Shown here: positions 33,408-43,622 of the stretch, piece by piece
Layout: the number at the start of each line of letters is the position of its first letter
How positions within the stretch are numbered: the first letter of the stretch is position 1
From: a virus
DNA length: 61,034 nucleotides
Virus record (IMG/VR): IMGVR_UViG_3300035540_000034
Location: 1-61,034 of that record
Direction: 5' to 3' (one strand)
Notes under the pieces: generated by a model
The model's input: only the letters and a program-made list of their open reading frames with translations
Told to the model about the DNA's origin: nothing
Databases searched by the model: none
Position numbers and translations under genes: made by a program

Positions 33408-34682
33408 ATGAAGACATGTCCTAAATGTGGCAACCCAATGTATGCCAACGGTTTAACTAAACTGAAAACTGGGGCAGTAAGATATTACAGATGTACTGAA
33501 TGTAATTTCAAATCAAAAGAACACGCTGGTAGTAAGCTACCACGCGGTAGAAAACCTAAACTTGTTGCTAACAATAAAGATAAATGTAAAGAATATATGC
33601 AGCAAGATGGTAGTAACTTATATACACAATACTTGGTAGACAGGGTTCCTCGAACTCTAGCGGAATCAGAAGAACTACACAATGTAGATAAATCTATCTG
33701 GCAAGCTAAGAAGTTTATCGCTTCTGCTTGGGGCTCTGATAAGAATCCCATGCACATGTTGAAAGTATGGTGGGAGCCACGTAACAGTATTGATGAAAAT
33801 ATGGCAGCAGAGTTTTTCCAGGAGGTAGCAAAAGAAGCTTATAGGCTTCCTAAAAGCAAGCTAACTAGACCGCAAGAAAGTAATAACATTCTGGAGATCT
33901 CTATTGCAGACCTACATTTAGGCAAACTATCTGAGGTAGAAGAGACTGGTGAACTTTGTAACCTAGAAGTTAGCCAAAGTAACTTCAGCTCTCTTTTAGA
34001 CGATCAGATTCGTAAGAGTTTTGCTTATGCCTATGATAAGATTCTCTTTATCGTAGGTAACGATTTCTTCCACACCGACTCTATCTATAACACTACCACA
34101 AAAGGAACCTCTCTTGATACTGATGGTAAGTGGTGGAAGCATTATAAAATAGGAACTAAGCTTCTGACTGGAGCTGTAGAGAAGTTACGCCAAATAGCTC
34201 CTGTAGAAGTTATTATTATACCCGGTAATCACGATAGACAGCGGATGTATTACGCTGGCTTACACTTGGATGCATACTTTAAGGACTGTGAAGATGTTAA
34301 AGTAGATGCTCGCATTATGAAAAACAAGTTCTACAGACATGGAAATGTACTGATCGGTTACTCTCATAAGGGTGGTAAGGATCAGGATCTGTTTGCAGAG
34401 ATGGCTTATCATCCTGCTTGGGAAACAGTCATACATAAAGAGTGGCATCTAGCGCATTTACATAGAGAGATGACCAAAGACTACAAAGGTATGATCATCA
34501 GAAGACAGAAAGCTGCTTCACCTATCTCTTCTTGGGATAAAGACCATTTCTTCTGTCATACCCTCAAGGGTGCTGATGGCTATGTCTACAACAACAACGA
34601 TGGTTTACTGGGTTACTTTCCCAGTTATCTACATATCGTGAGGGAAGATGCTGAAGTATCACAGCCACAATACAGCTGGTAA
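33408..34682 (+). CDS. Zn-ribbon + calcineurin-like metallophosphoesterase (424 aa)
   Basis: CPKCG..(19)..CTEC ribbon. IADLHLGK, VGNDFFH and IPGNHD phosphoesterase motifs. ATG 33408 is preferred to TTG 33390. Confidence 0.7.
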   Translation: MKTCPKCGNPMYANGLTKLKTGAVRYYRCTECNFKSKEHAGSKLPRGRKPKLVANNKDKCKEYMQQDGSNLYTQYLVDRVPRTLAESEELHNVDKSIWQAKKFIASAWGSDKNPMHMLKVWWEPRNSIDENMAAEFFQEVAKEAYRLPKSKLTRPQESNNILEISIADLHLGKLSEVEETGELCNLEVSQSNFSSLLDDQIRKSFAYAYDKILFIVGNDFFHTDSIYNTTTKGTSLDTDGKWWKHYKIGTKLLTGAVEKLRQIAPVEVIIIPGNHDRQRMYYAGLHLDAYFKDCEDVKVDARIMKNKFYRHGNVLIGYSHKGGKDQDLFAEMAYHPAWETVIHKEWHLAHLHREMTKDYKGMIIRRQKAASPISSWDKDHFFCHTLKGADGYVYNNNDGLLGYFPSYLHIVREDAEVSQPQYSW

Positions 34683-35403
34683 AAGAGAAACCACCTACTA
34701 TCACATCTGGGATCTTGATCCTGAAGATATAGTTACTGTTAAGGATGCTAAAAAAGCTGATAAGGGTAAGTATTTAGATTTTCAGGATGGTTCAGGCCTT
34801 TATAGCAGGATAATGAATGTTAGCCCTAAGACTATTAGAACTGAAGCCTGTGTGATCAGACGTGAAGATATTGTCCATATCAGCCACTTCCATGGCAGAA
34901 ATAAAGCTTATTCCGGTATCTATAAAACTGAAGAGCATGAACTAATAAGACCTTTCAGACCACAGGAGAAGAAAGCTGGCTACAATCTTATGAAAGGCAG
35001 ACAAATAAAGTATCTAACCCCACGCATAAAGGTATTCATTATGAAAGAAATTTCTAAGAAACTTGAAAGCAAAGGAGCTACCGTTGATTGGGCTATAGAT
35101 AGATTGAAAGAATTAGCAGAGTCCAACCGTGGTACAATAGGTGACAAACATAAAGTTATCTTATCAATCCTCAGGGCTCATGGTGTAGAGCTAGAAAGTA
35201 TCAGAGGTCTTGATAAAGGTAATGGTAATCGCCCTCTCTTGCAACAATTCAACCAATACAACATTCAACATGACCGCAGAGCTCAAGGTAGTCTGCCCGA
35301 TAAAAGAGAATTAACAGAGATTATTGAAGATACTGAAGACTTCATGAAGGAGCCTAAGGTTATAGAGGAAGCTCCTCCAGTAATGAAAGATACAGAGAAG
35401 TAA
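34648..35403 (+). CDS. Hypothetical protein immediately upstream of terL (small terminase candidate, 251 aa)
   Basis: Position only; TAATG coupling to terL. Confidence 0.35.
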   Translation: MLKYHSHNTAGKRETTYYHIWDLDPEDIVTVKDAKKADKGKYLDFQDGSGLYSRIMNVSPKTIRTEACVIRREDIVHISHFHGRNKAYSGIYKTEEHELIRPFRPQEKKAGYNLMKGRQIKYLTPRIKVFIMKEISKKLESKGATVDWAIDRLKELAESNRGTIGDKHKVILSILRAHGVELESIRGLDKGNGNRPLLQQFNQYNIQHDRRAQGSLPDKRELTEIIEDTEDFMKEPKVIEEAPPVMKDTEK

Positions 35404-36935
35404 TGGATATAAAGACTCTACAAAGCTTATCACAGAATGAATTATTTAAACTCATAAGAGCCTTAGAAAAGGATTACTCTTTATTTGCAAAAGTAGCAAT
35501 GTCACACATTGTCAAAGATATGCCCACCTACCAGAAAGAAGTGTATTCTCTCTTGAATAAGCAGCGGGAAAGGAAGTTTAAATACTCAGCATTTGTTCTC
35601 TCAAGAGGTCTTGCCAAGTCAACAATGTCCAAAACAATACAGGTAACTAGCGATGTAGTATTTGCTAAAGAAGCCTTCCCGCTGCTACTTTCTGAATCTA
35701 TCGACCAGTCAGTAAAAGACTTGTCTGGTGTTAAAGATGAGATCGTCCATAATGAGTTTATAAACGTCTTAGCAGGTAATCTGAAAGGTTCTATCTGGAA
35801 TAATGAAGAGGTAGAGTTTGCCAATGGAGTTTACTCTGCTGCTAAAGGCTATGGCTCTAGGATACGTGGGATTAAATGGAAAACACAAAGACCTACTAAA
35901 GTAATTCTGGATGACTTTGAATCGGAGAACAATACCAGAACAACACATCAAAGAAATGCTGTAGAGAACTGGTTGGATGCACAGGTGTTACCTGCTGGTG
36001 AGCCAAAGACAGTGTTTCAATTCTGGGGAACGATCGTACACCCAAAAGCTTTTCTGGCTCAGATCAAAAACTTACCATACTTCCAACCTCCCAAAGGTGT
36101 CTTCTACCGCAAAGATATCGAGGAAGGTGGCATACCTGCTTGGCCTAGCCGGTTCCCAATGGATTGGATTGAAGATACTAAGAACTATTATAGCAGCAAG
36201 AATAGATTATCTTTCTTTCTGCAAGAGTATTATAACATAGCAAGAAGAGCTGGCGACCTAGTATTTAACGTAGACCAGCTACCTATAATGGATGCCAAGT
36301 TTGAAAATTATGACTACATCACCTATCTAAGGATCAATGGTCAGAAGGTACCCGTGAATGTATTTATCGGGGTTGATCCGGCTAGAAGTTTAAGAGTAGA
36401 TGCTGATGACACTGCCTATTTTGTTATCGGTGTTTTACCCTCTAACAAAATTGTCCTTCTCGAATGTATAACTGAGAAGTCCAAACCTAACCAACAAGTA
36501 AAGAAGATATTTGAACTAGTAAGAAAATGGCATCCTGTACATGTAGAAGTTGAGGTGAACGCTTACCAGTTTGCTTTAGCTGACTGGTGCAGAACTAAGA
36601 TCAATGAGGGCTGGCAACCTGCCTTTCCTATCAGAGAGTATGATAGTAGAAGCTCCAAGAACAAGAAGTATATTGCTGGCCTAGAACCTTATATCAACGG
36701 TGGATATGTAAGCCGAATAAAGAATATGTCAGGCTGGGATGTCTTTAGATCAGAGGCTACTGAGTATGATGGTGGTTCTACTGACAACTCTGACAACTCC
36801 TTAGACGGACTGTTCTTAGCTCTTAATTCATCTTACGCTCCTCAAGATTTTAACGTAGATGAGGTTATCACAAACGTCAAAACAAAACAATTAGGTAAAA
36901 GCAAAAAACGAAAACTTAACTGGATGACAATTTAA
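35403..36935 (+). CDS. terL: Terminase large subunit
   Basis: SRGLAKST (Walker A-like) and KVILDDFE (Walker B). Nuclease motifs IGVDPA, DDTAYFVIG, SLDGLF. Confidence 0.85.
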   Translation: MDIKTLQSLSQNELFKLIRALEKDYSLFAKVAMSHIVKDMPTYQKEVYSLLNKQRERKFKYSAFVLSRGLAKSTMSKTIQVTSDVVFAKEAFPLLLSESIDQSVKDLSGVKDEIVHNEFINVLAGNLKGSIWNNEEVEFANGVYSAAKGYGSRIRGIKWKTQRPTKVILDDFESENNTRTTHQRNAVENWLDAQVLPAGEPKTVFQFWGTIVHPKAFLAQIKNLPYFQPPKGVFYRKDIEEGGIPAWPSRFPMDWIEDTKNYYSSKNRLSFFLQEYYNIARRAGDLVFNVDQLPIMDAKFENYDYITYLRINGQKVPVNVFIGVDPARSLRVDADDTAYFVIGVLPSNKIVLLECITEKSKPNQQVKKIFELVRKWHPVHVEVEVNAYQFALADWCRTKINEGWQPAFPIREYDSRSSKNKKYIAGLEPYINGGYVSRIKNMSGWDVFRSEATEYDGGSTDNSDNSLDGLFLALNSSYAPQDFNVDEVITNVKTKQLGKSKKRKLNWMTI

Positions 36936-36943
36936 GAGGTAAT

Positions 36944-38989
36944 ATGATTAGAAAGATAAACTCAAAAGAATCTTACAAAAGATTTTCTCAACTGGCAACC
37001 TATGAAAACAATGGTAAGTATGGCCCTTGGAAAGATCTATGTAGAAACCTACGTAGTTTTTACTTTGGCAACCAATGGACTCAAGAAGAAAAGGAAAAGC
37101 TAGAAGAAAGAGGTCAGTATACTCTAACGATCAATAAGGTTCGTAAAGCTATTAAAGGTATGACTGGGCTGTTTGCAGCCGCTCTGCCTAAGTATAAGGT
37201 TGTTGCTGCTGGACGCTCTGATACCTTAAGGGCTGAATTTGCTAACAAGATATTAGAATGGGTATGGCAAAATTCTAATGGAATCACTATGTTTCAGAGG
37301 TTAGTAAAGAAAGCTCTTATCGAGAACATAGCTTATGCTAATATTGTTTACGATCATACAGGGAAAGTCAAGTTCAAGATGTTGGACTTTGATGAAGTTA
37401 TTGTGGATCCTAAGTCTAAAGACCCCCTCTTTAGAGATGCAGAGCGTATAGCTATTGTTAAGTATATGTCTGTAAGTAAGGTGAAACAGTTGTATGGTGT
37501 CGATGAGATTATGCTGGATACTCCTGATGACTGGACTCCTTTTGAGAATGATGCTACCACTAATGTTTATCTCAACAAGATGGTTAGCGAAGATAAGAAC
37601 TATGTACGTGTCTATGAAACCTATGTGAAGAAGTACTTCCGACAAGAAGACGGTAGTATTAAAACTCAAATCGTAAAAGAAACCTTGCTGGGTTTCGACA
37701 CTGTCTTCGAGGAAACACTTCCTGCTGAGATCCAAGACTATCCTATCATACCAATCTTTGTAGAGGATACAGGTAATCCTTATAAGCTGGGAGAGGTATA
37801 TTTCCTTAAACAACTACAAAAGTTTATTAACAAAGCTTATGGAGTCGTGTTACTTAATGCTCAGCTTACCTCCAACCCCAAGGTTTTTGTCAGAGAAACT
37901 GATATACCCAGAATGAACGTAGAAGAGTTTGAGGATAAGATGGCTCGTCCGGGTAGCTTGAATGTCTTAACAGGTAATGCTGAAGTACCATTTACCGTAC
38001 AAGGCCAACCCTTGAACAGTGCTTTCTTTAACCTGTATGCTGATGCTAAACAGGAGTTCCATAACGCTTCTCTACCACAGGAGATACTGGGGTACAATGA
38101 CTCTGCTAGACAGAACAAGGGTGGTACAAGCGAGCTGCTTGATATCAAGGAAACGGTAATAGATTCAATGAGAGATTTTGTCTCTAACCTAGAAGCAGCG
38201 GTAGTACAAATGGGTAAGGTAGCTCTACAGTACTCTCAAGCTTATCTATCTAAAGAGAACATGATCTACATTGTGGATGCTGAGCGCAATATACAATCGG
38301 TTCAACTTAACCGTGAACAGGGTATAGATGCAGAAGATCCTCAATCAATACAAAGATACCAAGAACACTTAAAAAGCAAAGGAGCTTCAGAGGAAGAGAT
38401 AATTGCAGAACTCAACAAGATCAGCAAAGATACTGAGTATGCTAAGGACATAACCTATATAGCTAACAATACTGACTCTCTTAATGTTGATCTGTTTATT
38501 GTTCCCGGCAGTTTCTCTCCCACTTACAAGATGGCTAGACTTCGTTTGATGATGGAACTCTACGAAGCTGGGGCGGTTGATAATAAAGCTATCTTAGAAA
38601 ACGCACCCTTAGAAAACAAAGACGAGCTGATTCAACGACTTGATAACTTAGCTCAAGCTAAACAGAGGATCGCTGAACTGGAAGAACAGCTTGAGATACT
38701 CGAACGTGATCTACATAGTCGTACTAACCAGCTTACTAATGCCAAGATCGATTCTAAGGTTAGCTCTGAAAAACTTAAACTGCAAAAGATGCAGGCAGAG
38801 CAGAAACTTAAAAATCTGCGTGATAAGTATACTAACAGAATTCTAACCAAAGAACAGATTATGGAACTTCAAAACAAAGTTAAAGAAATTATACTGGAAG
38901 AAAAATACGAGTCGATGAAACGACAGCTAGAAGGCGAAGAACAGCAAGCTGAGAAGGATGAACAATGGTTGGAACAAGTCTTCAATTAA
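36944..38989 (+). CDS. Portal protein (681 aa) with C-terminal coiled coil
   Basis: Size and position directly after terL and before the scaffold and capsid genes. No motif verified. Confidence 0.65.
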   Translation: MIRKINSKESYKRFSQLATYENNGKYGPWKDLCRNLRSFYFGNQWTQEEKEKLEERGQYTLTINKVRKAIKGMTGLFAAALPKYKVVAAGRSDTLRAEFANKILEWVWQNSNGITMFQRLVKKALIENIAYANIVYDHTGKVKFKMLDFDEVIVDPKSKDPLFRDAERIAIVKYMSVSKVKQLYGVDEIMLDTPDDWTPFENDATTNVYLNKMVSEDKNYVRVYETYVKKYFRQEDGSIKTQIVKETLLGFDTVFEETLPAEIQDYPIIPIFVEDTGNPYKLGEVYFLKQLQKFINKAYGVVLLNAQLTSNPKVFVRETDIPRMNVEEFEDKMARPGSLNVLTGNAEVPFTVQGQPLNSAFFNLYADAKQEFHNASLPQEILGYNDSARQNKGGTSELLDIKETVIDSMRDFVSNLEAAVVQMGKVALQYSQAYLSKENMIYIVDAERNIQSVQLNREQGIDAEDPQSIQRYQEHLKSKGASEEEIIAELNKISKDTEYAKDITYIANNTDSLNVDLFIVPGSFSPTYKMARLRLMMELYEAGAVDNKAILENAPLENKDELIQRLDNLAQAKQRIAELEEQLEILERDLHSRTNQLTNAKIDSKVSSEKLKLQKMQAEQKLKNLRDKYTNRILTKEQIMELQNKVKEIILEEKYESMKRQLEGEEQQAEKDEQWLEQVFN

Positions 38990-38997
38990 ATAATAAC

Positions 38998-39025
38998 TTG
39001 CAATATGTTCTGAACTAATTATAAT
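38998..39025 (+). promoter_or_regulatory. Sigma70/SigA-type promoter ahead of the scaffold and capsid genes
   Basis: TTGCAA (38998-39003), 16-nt spacer, TATAAT (39020-39025). Confidence 0.55.
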
Positions 39026-39038
39026 ATACGGAGGAAAC

Positions 39039-39872
39039 ATGAACATTGCAGAACAAGTAAAAGGATACCAACCTGGTTTACCGCTTAACATCAAGTCAGA
39101 AAATTTTACGCCTGACTTTCAAGAGAAAGTCATAGATATTGCTATGAATGGTGTAAATGTAAACCCTAACTCAGCCGAGCCCTCGGCACCTCAAGAAGGT
39201 CAGCAAGCTAACCCTCAGCAAGAACAGGGTGGCGACACTGTAACTGTAAAACGCGAAGAGCTAGACCGCTATCGCAATATGGAACGTATGATGAACGATC
39301 CCAGTTACCGTGAATACTTTGAACCTCAACAGCTTGGAAGTAACCCTGCTGACCAGAATAGAGCTCCTAATTACAACAGACAGGAGCCTCAGCAAGAATC
39401 AGGGCAGCAAGATAATTCTGGTGACAATGACAATGACTGGGGAGATATTTTTGGACTTAATACCCAGGATAACCAGAATCAACCGACAGAACCAGATCGA
39501 GACCAACCTAACAACAATCAAAACACAAACCAGAATGACAATCTCGAAAGAGAGTACAAGACCCGCGTAGGCCAAGCGTCTAAAAAGTATGGTGTAGACC
39601 CCAAAGGCTTGGATAACTTTATCAGCAGATTAGATATATCTGACATGGCTCAGATATATAAAGGCTGGGTCCAAGCTAGAGAGAAGATGAGTGAAAGTCA
39701 ACAGGGTAATGGGTCGCCCACTCCACAAAGGCAACAGCCGGTTCAAACTCAACAGAGAAGACCGGCTTCTCCGAACTTATCGGATGAGCATGGAGAGAAA
39801 CAAGTCCGCACCTACCAAGGACTAAACCTTAACAATAAAGGTAATAGTCTTATAGACTTTGGCGTTTACTAA
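39039..39872 (+). CDS. Scaffolding protein candidate (277 aa, Gln/Asn/Pro-rich, low complexity)
   Basis: Lies between the portal and capsid genes. GGAGG RBS. Disordered composition. Confidence 0.5.
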   Translation: MNIAEQVKGYQPGLPLNIKSENFTPDFQEKVIDIAMNGVNVNPNSAEPSAPQEGQQANPQQEQGGDTVTVKREELDRYRNMERMMNDPSYREYFEPQQLGSNPADQNRAPNYNRQEPQQESGQQDNSGDNDNDWGDIFGLNTQDNQNQPTEPDRDQPNNNQNTNQNDNLEREYKTRVGQASKKYGVDPKGLDNFISRLDISDMAQIYKGWVQAREKMSESQQGNGSPTPQRQQPVQTQQRRPASPNLSDEHGEKQVRTYQGLNLNNKGNSLIDFGVY

Positions 39873-39890
39873 TCAATTTAGGAGACTATA

Positions 39891-41744
39891 ATGCCTGACA
39901 TAACTAATTATGAAGGACTAACTACTAATTCGCCTGACGGAGCGTGGAATGCCGGTCCGTTGGCTATAAATGACCTGAAAACTTCTGGTGCTGGTACTGA
40001 GATGGCAGCTGCTGTAGCTGCTGGTAAATACAGCATTGACATCGAGGGTGATGTTCGCACCTACCAAGCGATGGACTACCCATTGCTGACTCTTATCTCT
40101 AATGCAGGAAGTATAGGAGAGAATACTCCTTACATATTCTGGAATGATGAATACGACCAAGACTCTTGGATCGACATTGCTCTGGATAACCTGCGCTTGA
40201 GATCTACCTTTGAAAGCGGTAGCTTTGACATTGGCGGATCTCTTGGTGCTACTGCACCTATCAGACCCTATTCTATTGACAACTCTAACCAAAAAGGTGG
40301 TAAGATAGAATGGAAATCTGTAGGAACTCTACCTGCCGGTGACATAGACGCATCTATGTCTGCTGCTGCAGAAGTTGCTCTTAACTCAAACAAAGAACTT
40401 ATCTTTGGTTTTGATACCTCTGGTATTCAAACCATTGGTGGTACTGAAATGGTTATCCGTAAACTGGATAACATGCTGCGTAACCTTGGCTACGAAGCAA
40501 CTGAAGGACTCGGTAATGCCAAAGAATACTACAAGCTTGCTTACAACAACAATGTTAAAGCACCTGCTTATGTAGCATTCGACAATATCAGTTACACTAC
40601 TGACGGTGGTACTACTATAGAGAATGACAATGAAGTCATTGCTCGCGTTCAAGAGTTTTATTTCTCTAACGATCTGAGCCAAGTGATCTTCAACATCAGC
40701 CTCTATGACTCTAATATTCACGCTGAGTGGGATGCAACTGCATCTAACAACGTAGTGTGCTTAGAAGAGATTGCTAGTGGTGACGGTACTGTATTTGACT
40801 CTGTAGGCTCTGGTTATTTCCGCATAGCCAGAATGGCTCTTATTGGCAAACCAGTACAAGCTCCCCTGCCAATCGCTGAAGGATCCCGTCTTAACAAGAC
40901 TGGTGGATTCATTCGCCACAGAGAGCGTAAGGGCACTTACACCCAGATATTTGATACCGATATGTACGGTATCACTGGTACTGCTCAAGCCACTAAATTC
41001 AGATTTGGTGACGGTTTCAAAGAAACTCGTGCCACCTACCTGAAATTGTTTAAGGCTAAACAGGAAGCTGCTGGTCTCTTTGGTATCAAATATGAAACCT
41101 ACGCGGTTTCTGATGATGGCTTTGAGAATGGCAAGCCTGTACGTGCAACTTCAGGACTTCTAGACTACGCCATGTATCCTATGAAGTACTTCAAGACTGA
41201 ACTGCCTGCTTACATTACTGCGGGCTCTAACGATGGAGGTGTTGAGTACTTAACTTGGTTGAATGACTTGATCGCGAAAGCTGCTGCTTTCCGTCAAAAA
41301 GGAGCACGTAATCTGACTTTCTTGGTATCTCAGGACTTCCTGAACTACATGAATCGTCAGAATGCTTTCATCGGATCCCAACAAGGTGGTAATATCACTG
41401 GTGGTATCTGGACTGCTCATACTCCTTCCAAGCTGACTTATGGCTTGAAGATATATGAATACAGTTCTCCAGAAGGATCTGTGAACTTCATCCATGAACC
41501 TATGCTGGATAACCAGCCTTCCTTGCCTGTACCAAACTTCATTTTCGGCAAGAATGTTAACCCTCGCAAATTGATGCTGAGCATCGATACTGCCAACATC
41601 CGTAGACATACTCTACGTGGTGACAAGATTATGGGTAACCTGCAAGAAAATGACCGTGATGGCTTCTTGGAAGGCATGCGTGGTGAGCATGGTTTCAGTG
41701 TAAGATTCCCAAGAAACAACACCCTTATTTACTGGGGAGACTAA
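39891..41744 (+). CDS. Major capsid protein candidate (617 aa)
   Basis: AGGAG RBS. Locally higher GC (about 45 percent in sampled lines versus 30-35 percent elsewhere). Own promoter upstream and a strong terminator downstream. Synteny. Confidence 0.65.
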   Translation: MPDITNYEGLTTNSPDGAWNAGPLAINDLKTSGAGTEMAAAVAAGKYSIDIEGDVRTYQAMDYPLLTLISNAGSIGENTPYIFWNDEYDQDSWIDIALDNLRLRSTFESGSFDIGGSLGATAPIRPYSIDNSNQKGGKIEWKSVGTLPAGDIDASMSAAAEVALNSNKELIFGFDTSGIQTIGGTEMVIRKLDNMLRNLGYEATEGLGNAKEYYKLAYNNNVKAPAYVAFDNISYTTDGGTTIENDNEVIARVQEFYFSNDLSQVIFNISLYDSNIHAEWDATASNNVVCLEEIASGDGTVFDSVGSGYFRIARMALIGKPVQAPLPIAEGSRLNKTGGFIRHRERKGTYTQIFDTDMYGITGTAQATKFRFGDGFKETRATYLKLFKAKQEAAGLFGIKYETYAVSDDGFENGKPVRATSGLLDYAMYPMKYFKTELPAYITAGSNDGGVEYLTWLNDLIAKAAAFRQKGARNLTFLVSQDFLNYMNRQNAFIGSQQGGNITGGIWTAHTPSKLTYGLKIYEYSSPEGSVNFIHEPMLDNQPSLPVPNFIFGKNVNPRKLMLSIDTANIRRHTLRGDKIMGNLQENDRDGFLEGMRGEHGFSVRFPRNNTLIYWGD

Positions 41745-41753
41745 TCTATAAAC

Positions 41754-41783
41754 GGGCAGGACTTCTGTCCTGCCCTTAACTTT
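41754..41783 (+). terminator. Rho-independent terminator after the capsid gene
   Basis: GGGCAGGAC (41754-41762), loop ttct, GTCCTGCCC (41767-41775), then a T-rich tail. Confidence 0.75.
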
Positions 41784-41794
41784 AGGAGTAAACT

Positions 41795-42193
41795 ATGGTA
41801 AAACCTAAAAAGATAATGATCAGCAGGCCTACGATTGCTAGGTACTCTATCGAATTACCGAACGGCAAAGCTCTTGAGCTCAGTCGCAAAAACCCTTATT
41901 ACATCACAGATGATCCTGAAGTGATAGAGTTCTGTGCCAACCAAAAAGGATTGGCTCTGGGAGATCTTTCTGACAAAGAATTTATCACTTATGCTGAGAA
42001 AGCTCTTTATAACCAAGAGACAGTACGCAATCGTAATGTGAAGCTAGAAGATGTAATTGGTCTTCAGTGGAGTACCGAAGAAGAAGAGATGGTTGTAGAT
42101 AAGCTTAAAAAGCTAGGCTACATTTGCTATCCTAATAAAGAGAAAAAAGAGGAGATGGAGAAAGAAAGCTCTCCTGAAAACAAGAAGGAGTAA
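41795..42193 (+). CDS. Hypothetical virion-module protein (132 aa)
   Basis: AGGAG RBS. Acidic/lysine-rich tail. Confidence 0.6.
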   Translation: MVKPKKIMISRPTIARYSIELPNGKALELSRKNPYYITDDPEVIEFCANQKGLALGDLSDKEFITYAEKALYNQETVRNRNVKLEDVIGLQWSTEEEEMVVDKLKKLGYICYPNKEKKEEMEKESSPENKKE

Positions 42194-42196
42194 CCT

Positions 42197-42568
42197 ATGC
42201 CATCAATAAAAAGCGATGTATTATCTCTTATCTCTCAAGGACAGGCAACTGTTATAGATAAGATAGTCATCTCTGGCAAGTTTAATGAAGCACAAACTGT
42301 AGAAAGTTATGTGCCTCATCTTAAGATAAGATCTGTTGATGCTAATGGTAAGGATACAGATCTGCTTGGGTCTGACGGGGTTGCTCTTTGTAATTATAAT
42401 AACTCTGAGGGTGATAAGGTTGATAGATTAAGTTCTATTAATGTGCCTTTTATTCCCTTAGTAGCAATGCAGTATGAGTTAACTAATGCTAACAATATAC
42501 ATACTGTTGATTACATAATTATCGTGACAAGTCACGGTGTTCCTATCACGTTATACGGAGGTAACTAA
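42197..42568 (+). CDS. Hypothetical structural protein (123 aa)
   Basis: Part of a run of three beta-rich ORFs of similar size coupled by TAATG. Confidence 0.6.
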   Translation: MPSIKSDVLSLISQGQATVIDKIVISGKFNEAQTVESYVPHLKIRSVDANGKDTDLLGSDGVALCNYNNSEGDKVDRLSSINVPFIPLVAMQYELTNANNIHTVDYIIIVTSHGVPITLYGGN

Positions 42569-42978
42569 TGGCACAAATTGATCTAAACACACTTGATACA
42601 AATACTGCCAACTTCAAGTTGCCACGTTTTTATACGATCCAAGAAGGCAAGGCTTTAATCCCTTCCCAAGTTGTAATCGTTTACAAGCTAAACGATACAG
42701 TCGATCCAGAGACAGCTACAAATCTTCCACAACTCAAGGTAACAGCTACCGGGCTTGATGGCAGTCAGCATCAAACAGATCCCGTAGACTTAGATCAAGT
42801 AGACTCGCCTGCCTTGCAGATAATCGATATTAATGGTGCTGGTGAAACAGCTCATCTTGATATTGAGATCGAGAACAGTTATATACTTAATGAGCTTTTT
42901 TCCGTAGATGTGATCTTTTCTAATCAAGCTACTATTACTGAAGAAAGCCCTGAGTATGGTTATGATTCTGGAGTATAA
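42568..42978 (+). CDS. Hypothetical structural protein (136 aa)
   Basis: TAATG coupling. Beta-rich. Confidence 0.6.
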   Translation: MAQIDLNTLDTNTANFKLPRFYTIQEGKALIPSQVVIVYKLNDTVDPETATNLPQLKVTATGLDGSQHQTDPVDLDQVDSPALQIIDINGAGETAHLDIEIENSYILNELFSVDVIFSNQATITEESPEYGYDSGV

Positions 42979-42987
42979 CCGGTAACT

Positions 42988-43383
42988 ATGAAAATAACAT
43001 TCAACAAAGTCGCTCTGGTAGACTCAGGCTCAACTAAAGTGTTGCAGAAAGCTATCATAGCTTATGCAACTATGCCAAACCCTAACCCTCAACCGGTGTT
43101 GGTGGTTAAAGCTAATTATCCTGCCAGTCATATTATGACAGAGAGTAAGGAGATCCTGCGTGTGAGCCTACCAGATACTGGTGGTGAAGTATCGACCGAA
43201 ATGTTCGATATACCAAGGGAAGATCTTTATGCTGATGTCGAGGTCACAGTAGAGAACTATGACTTCATTAAGGATATCCGCGGTATAGACTTTACCTTCC
43301 ACCTTACCAATCGCATACCATACCAAGAGGTATTGCAAGATGACTTTGTTATGAGTGATAATAAGACTTGGGATTGGAGTTAG
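42988..43383 (+). CDS. Hypothetical structural protein (131 aa)
   Basis: ORF in register in the structural module. Confidence 0.6.
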   Translation: MKITFNKVALVDSGSTKVLQKAIIAYATMPNPNPQPVLVVKANYPASHIMTESKEILRVSLPDTGGEVSTEMFDIPREDLYADVEVTVENYDFIKDIRGIDFTFHLTNRIPYQEVLQDDFVMSDNKTWDWS

Positions 43384-43385
43384 AA

Positions 43386-43622
43386 GTGGCAGAGCAAGGC
43401 ATACTTGAATTTAGAGATGGTGAAACTTTTGGCTCTTTTCGATCAAGACTGAATAGTAATTTTAGTTACCTTGAAGCACAGATAGCAGGCACTGCCAATG
43501 TTGCAACAACAGGAGATATAATTGAGACCTTAGATACAACTGACCCGTTACCGATTTCAGCCAAGATTGGAGATATAACTATCAAAGATAAAGCTATGTA
43601 TGTTTACGTTGGAGAAGAATAA
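43386..43622 (+). CDS. Small structural-module protein (78 aa), GTG start
   Basis: GTG 43386 lies 6 nt after GGAG and just after the TAG of the previous gene. The ORF track used TTG 43368. Confidence 0.5.
   Translation: MAEQGILEFRDGETFGSFRSRLNSNFSYLEAQIAGTANVATTGDIIETLDTTDPLPISAKIGDITIKDKAMYVYVGEE

Noticed and set aside
37301-37813. Antisense or shadow ORFs inside large genes (also 467..787, 4611..5015, 13231..13437, 21221..21559, 21693..22037, 39918..40292, 40386..40721, 41250..41609, 56060..56440, 58289..58624, 59262..59612 and similar)
   Set aside because: All lie wholly within longer, motif-supported ORFs on the opposite strand or in another frame. They lack RBSs and have odd composition, so I treat them as shadow ORFs.
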